Source: Ascoidea asiatica JCM 7603
Lineage: Eukaryota > Fungi > Ascomycota
Direction: 5' to 3'
Length of the DNA stretch: 64,000 bases
Assembly: GCA_001600695.1 (NCBI GenBank)
Contig: BCKQ01000003.1
Span: 1,121,062 to 1,185,061, forward strand
Shown one piece after another: positions 59,302-64,000 of the stretch. Under the pieces are notes generated by a model that saw only the letters and a list, made by a program, of their open reading frames with translations, searched no databases and was not told the origin of the DNA. A program made the translations under genes and the position numbers. Within the stretch, counting starts at the first letter, position 1. Each line of letters begins with the position of its first letter.

Positions 59302-61404
59302 ATGAGATTTTATTTTATATTAGATATATTCTTCTTATGTTTTATAACTTTTAGTTTATATTTATCTCCTTTTTCAAAAGTTGAAGAAAGTTTTAATACT
59401 CAAGCAATTTATGATATGATAAATTATGGTAATAAACTTAAAAATTATGATCATTTTCAATTTCCTGGTGTTGTTCCAAGAACTTTTATTGCTTCTTTTT
59501 TTATAAGTAATTTAATTAAACCATTTAAAAATTTAATATTAAATAATAATAATAATAATAATAACTCAATTACTCAATTAAATTTACAAATTTTTTCAAG
59601 ATTTATTCTTGCTTTCTTAAATTGGTTATCTTTTATAAATATTAGATTAACTTTAAAAAATTTAATCTCAAATTCAAAAATTCATTCAAAATATTCTTCA
59701 ATTGAATTATATTATTGTTTATTTCAATATACTCAATTTCATATAACTTATTATTCTTCAAGATTTTTACCAAATTTTATTATTTTACCTTTATTTAATT
59801 ATTTCATATCTTTAATTTTAAAAAATAATTATTCTGATGCAATAATCTTATTAACTACAATTGGTTTAATATTTAGATTTGAATTATTAATTTTTAATGG
59901 TATAATTTCATTATTATTAATATTTTATTTTAAAAAAATTAAATTTTTTAAAATTTTACCAAATTATTTCTTTGCTTTTTTTATCTCAATTTTTTTAAAT
60001 TTTTTCATAGATTCTTTTTATTGGCAAATTAAACCAATATTTCCTGAATTTATGAGTTTTTTATATAATGTTATTGAAAATAAATCAATTAATTGGGGTA
60101 TTGAACCTTTTTATAATTATTTTTTAAAATATTTACCAATGATTTTTTTTCCTCCATTAATTTTATTATTATTTTCTTTTGGTATTAGAGAAAATCCATT
60201 CATACATAAAAATTACAATTCCAATGACAATTCCAATGATAATAACAATAACAATAAAGATAAAATTAAAGTTGAAAATGATAAATTATTAGAAAATTTA
60301 AAAATTTTAGGTTATTCTTCAATTTTATATATTTTAATTATGTCTTATAATAAACATAAAGAATGGAGATTTATAATTTATACAATTCCATGTATAACTT
60401 TAATTGGTGCAAATGGTGCAAGTAATTTATTAATAATTTTAAAAAATATTCAAAATAATTTTAATTTAATAAATTTTAAATATATTAAATTTTATAAAAT
60501 TTTTAAAATTATTTTAATTTTAAATTCAATCTTAACTTTAATTTTATCAATCTTAATGATTTATATATCTTCATTAAATTATCCTGGAGGTTATGCATTA
60601 CAAGAAATTAATAATATTATTATTAATAAATATAATCTTCTTTCAAATAATTCTTCTTCTTTATCTACTTCCTCTTCTTCTTTATCAAATATTAAAGGTC
60701 AAAAAGAAAAAATTATTATACATTTTGATATTTATCCATGTATGACTGGTGTTACAAAATTTGGTTATATTAAAGATGAAATTATAAATAATTATAATAA
60801 TAATAATAAAAATCATTCAAATATTGAATTAATTTATGATAAAACTGAAGATTATTTAGAATTAAATAAAATTTGGAATAATTTTAATTATTTTATAAGT
60901 AATTTAAATATAAATAAAGAAATTTCAGAAATTAAATTAAAAAAAAATAATATAACTTTAGAAAATATAAATTTTAAAAATTTTAAAAAAATTAAATCAA
61001 TTAATGGATTTTATGGTATTAATATTAATGAAATTAAAAAATTTTTATTTTTTTTAAAAAATGAAATTATAATTAAAAAAAATTTTAAAATTTTTTTTAA
61101 AAATTTATTTAATAATTTTAAAGAAATTTTAATTAAAATTAAATTAAATAAAAATTTAAATTGTTTAAAAGAAATTATTGATAAATATTTAATTAAAAAA
61201 GATTTAATATTTATTTATGAAAGAATTAATGATTTAAATTTAAATTCAAATTTAAATTCAAGTTTTGAAAATATAATTTTGGAAAATGAAAATAATTTAA
61301 TTAAAATATCAAATGAAACTTTTGGAGTAATTAATGATATTGATAATAATGAATTAAATAATAATATAAAAGTAAATGAAACTTCTACAGAAAAATCAAT
61401 ATAG
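59302..61404 (+). CDS. ALG12: Dol-P-Man alpha-1,6-mannosyltransferase
   Basis: PF.KVEESFN.QA..D, YDHF.FPGVVPRTF, HKEWRFI.Y, NYPGG.AL, CMTGVT.F. Confidence 0.95.
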   Translation: MRFYFILDIFFLCFITFSLYLSPFSKVEESFNTQAIYDMINYGNKLKNYDHFQFPGVVPRTFIASFFISNLIKPFKNLILNNNNNNNNSITQLNLQIFSRFILAFLNWLSFINIRLTLKNLISNSKIHSKYSSIELYYCLFQYTQFHITYYSSRFLPNFIILPLFNYFISLILKNNYSDAIILLTTIGLIFRFELLIFNGIISLLLIFYFKKIKFFKILPNYFFAFFISIFLNFFIDSFYWQIKPIFPEFMSFLYNVIENKSINWGIEPFYNYFLKYLPMIFFPPLILLLFSFGIRENPFIHKNYNSNDNSNDNNNNNKDKIKVENDKLLENLKILGYSSILYILIMSYNKHKEWRFIIYTIPCITLIGANGASNLLIILKNIQNNFNLINFKYIKFYKIFKIILILNSILTLILSILMIYISSLNYPGGYALQEINNIIINKYNLLSNNSSSLSTSSSSLSNIKGQKEKIIIHFDIYPCMTGVTKFGYIKDEIINNYNNNNKNHSNIELIYDKTEDYLELNKIWNNFNYFISNLNINKEISEIKLKKNNITLENINFKNFKKIKSINGFYGININEIKKFLFFLKNEIIIKKNFKIFFKNLFNNFKEILIKIKLNKNLNCLKEIIDKYLIKKDLIFIYERINDLNLNSNLNSSFENIILENENNLIKISNETFGVINDIDNNELNNNIKVNETSTEKSI

Positions 61405-63439
61405 AAATTATTATCTAAATTTATAAACACTTTAATAAACAATTCAATAAAATTAACTAAATATAAATGCACTATCAAATAATTAACTAAAAAACTGAAT
61501 TTAAATAAATTTGTGAAGATCACATGGCTTAACTCCGCAACGGTTTTTCCTGTTTATTTTTTCTGGGGTCTGGGGTCAAACCCTTTTTTCATTGTTTGCT
61601 TTTTGCACGCCGTTAAAAAAAAGTTTGAATTTGAAAATGAAAATAAAAATAATGAAAAAAAAACAGTTTTACGCGTGTATCATGTGATTTAGTGCTTATG
61701 TTCCAAAACGGGTAATAATTTTAAAAAGGGGTCTACCGGAAGTCTGGCCAGTAAACAAGTGTGGTGCTGTAAGTAGATGCACGAGAGCTAATGAAGAAAT
61801 ATTGGTTGAGTTTCCTAATTTGATTATTTCCTTCTTCAAAGTAACCAATTATAAAAGTGACTTGTAAATTATCTTTGATTCATAAATGATTATGAATGAG
61901 TCTTATAATATTTTGGAATGGTAATTGTTATTGCATGAAAAATAAACATATTTACGAAACACACAAACACACACAAAAACGCAAAACACAAATCACAAAT
62001 CACAAATTACAAATCACAAAAAAAAAAAAAAAAATTGAATCGGAAAATTATAATTTGTCAGAGCTTGAAAATTGAAATGTTTGGGAGTTTTTTTAATGAA
62101 GTCACCACATTTACATGATGACAAATTGAACCCAGAGTGCTGATCCAGAAAAAATATGAAAAATTGAAAAAATAGAAAAAAAAATAAATTGAAATGAATA
62201 AAAATAAGTTTTCTTTTTTCTAATATACAGTATTTGATTCATCGTTTTTTCAATAATTCTTTAATAATTTTGGTAATTATCAATACATAATCAAATTTTA
62301 TTTTCAAAAGCTTCTTTTCAGAGTCCAGGTTTATGGAAATTGTTTTTCTATTGTTAACAGAAAATATACTCAAATAAAAATTGAATGAAAATTGATTTTT
62401 AATAAACCACATAATTTCACATAAACAATAAACCCATAAACCAATAAGGAAAATGATAATTTTTTTTCAAATGAAATTTTGAAATAATATAATTAATTGG
62501 AATTAATTGCTCTTTATTTTTACTATTGATAGTGAATCATCTTTTAGTATAATATTCAGCACTGTGATGCTATTGAATTTTTTTGATCGGAATTTTTATC
62601 CTTAAGGTCAACTTAGGAGATCCGAATATCAGGATTTGAAACTTGGACCAAAAACAATTTATTCTCGATTCTTATAAAAGGTTCAAAAGTTCAGATTGTT
62701 GAGGGTTGAATGTTGTGGGAAGTTGTTGTACTGTATTATAAAGTCGAAAAACTTACTGGAAATTGTTTTAGGTTTTCCACATGTAATGTTAGTTTTGTGT
62801 ATGCAACTTTAGGTCACACTTTGAACTGCATCTCTGGTTCATACAAATTGAAAAACCATAACAAGGATTATTAATTATTAATAGCACTGAGAAAACATCG
62901 GTAACAGCCGAAAAAGAACAGCCAAATTAGAGAACCAAAAGAAAGAAACATCGGGCCTTAATTAAAGGAGCAACGGGGTTATTACAAGGTTCTCGATGCA
63001 GCCATGGCCCCTGAAAATCCATTAACAAAGTTACAATTTTTTTTTTATATTAATAAATTTAGATTCTTGTGCACTCCTCGGGGTTATCCCTTGGTGGGCA
63101 TACCCGCACTTGCCACAATTATGACTCCTTTTTCCTTTTCAGTTTCCCGATCCTAGTGAATTTCTCGACGGTCTGCGCCATTGGGGCACTAAACTTTAGA
63201 TTCCGGTGTAGTCCCAAAACAGGTAGCCTGAAAAAAAAGAGCTTGAAAAGTAACCATGGTAACATAGCATTAGTGGTTTCTCTGGCTTCACTTGCCTAAC
63301 TGATTCCAGTAACTTCAATATCTTCAACATTTTCAGTATTTTCATCATTTTTTTCAGTAGCTTCAATGTTACAATTACGAAAAACATTTGGAAATTCTTG
63401 ACGATTACGAGGTCGACTGACTTCACTGAAGTGTTCAGT

Positions 63440-63870
63440 TTGAATTATGAGGTAAAATAACCACAAAATGTAATGAAGATCTTGACAAAATATAAATAAA
63501 TATATGAAATAGATTAAAAATGGAATCAAAACTCTCAAGAGTAAAAGAATTGAAAGAAACCTTTATCAAAAATACCCAAAGCATCGAGTATTAAAATTAG
63601 ATATTAAATATCTTATGAAATCAGGTTATGAATTAGAAATTTTTATTAAATTTGTTCGATAAAAGCTGGCTGATCTAAATTGATTTGAGATTATTTTTCT
63701 TAGAACATTTTTAATTTGCTGAGAGGATGAAATGAATTTGTATCAAATTCATTGGAAAGATCTTTTATCTGAAATATAATCCATATTCAATTTCAATCAA
63801 CTCAGACTTTTTTAGATCATAATATTATTTTGGATCTAACATCACCAGCAAAAGTATACTAACTATATTA
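63440..63870 (-). mobile_element. Highly degenerate Ty1/copia-type reverse-transcriptase remnant
   Basis: Minus-strand translation 63759-63637 gives LSNEFDTNSFHPLSKLKMF*EK*SQINLDQPAFIEQI**KF; after a frameshift ~34 codons later, RVLIPFLIY...CQDLHY. This follows the copia pattern L..EF.MKDLG.L..FLG...I.L.Q..YI..IL.KF ... YRSL.G.L.Y...RPDL.Y. Confidence 0.5.
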
Positions 63871-64000
63871 CTGGGTATATCATCGCCAGTTTCAACACCT
63901 ATTTTGTAAAAAAAACTCTCTCAATTTTTTAATGTTTATATTTATGCTGATTGTTAACGATTTTTACACTAAATATGTTGGGAGCTTCAAACTTCTTTTT

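Noticed and set aside
40841-61404. MNN4/GWT1/ALG13/ALG12 as a glycosylation gene cluster
   Set aside because: Interspersed with unrelated housekeeping genes and no shared motif seen; consistent with chance.
63085-63125. Gag zinc-knuckle-like SHNCGKCGYAH on the minus strand
   Set aside because: Lacks the first Cys, the His and the last Cys at canonical spacing; too weak to call.
63296-63538. 80-aa membrane-like ORF as a small gene
   Set aside because: No ATG before the upstream in-frame stop; better explained as part of the decayed retroelement.

Overview
Very AT-rich, intron-poor eukaryotic DNA from a budding yeast (Saccharomycotina). The AT richness, poly-Asn-expanded proteins and retention of a velvet gene are reminiscent of Ascoidea/Saccharomycopsis-type yeasts, but the species cannot be established from sequence alone. 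About 25 protein genes are present. Recognisable housekeeping genes: THP1, ERP2/4, FLC2, MED1, COQ5, FUN26, ETR1, MNN4-like, GWT1, FOL2, DGA1, RFC3, CSM1, CLC1, ALG13, ZNG1, ALG12. The more unusual content is: (i) a velvet-domain regulator with a ~1.26 kb ATG-depleted upstream region holding one uORF; (ii) a Mutator/FAR1-derived protein with two WRKY-GCM1-type Zn domains, three helical repeats and no transposase core; (iii) a large secreted His/Asp/Cys-rich protein with Kex2-type KR sites and an upstream MSE-like motif; (iv) a head-to-head pair of MARVEL-like paralogs; (v) a heavily decayed Ty1/copia RT remnant at the right end, not evident from the ORF track; (vi) GC-rich islands upstream of genes that also extend into neighbouring coding ends, several with perfect palindromes. 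All protein identifications come from recalled motif similarity; no database search was run.
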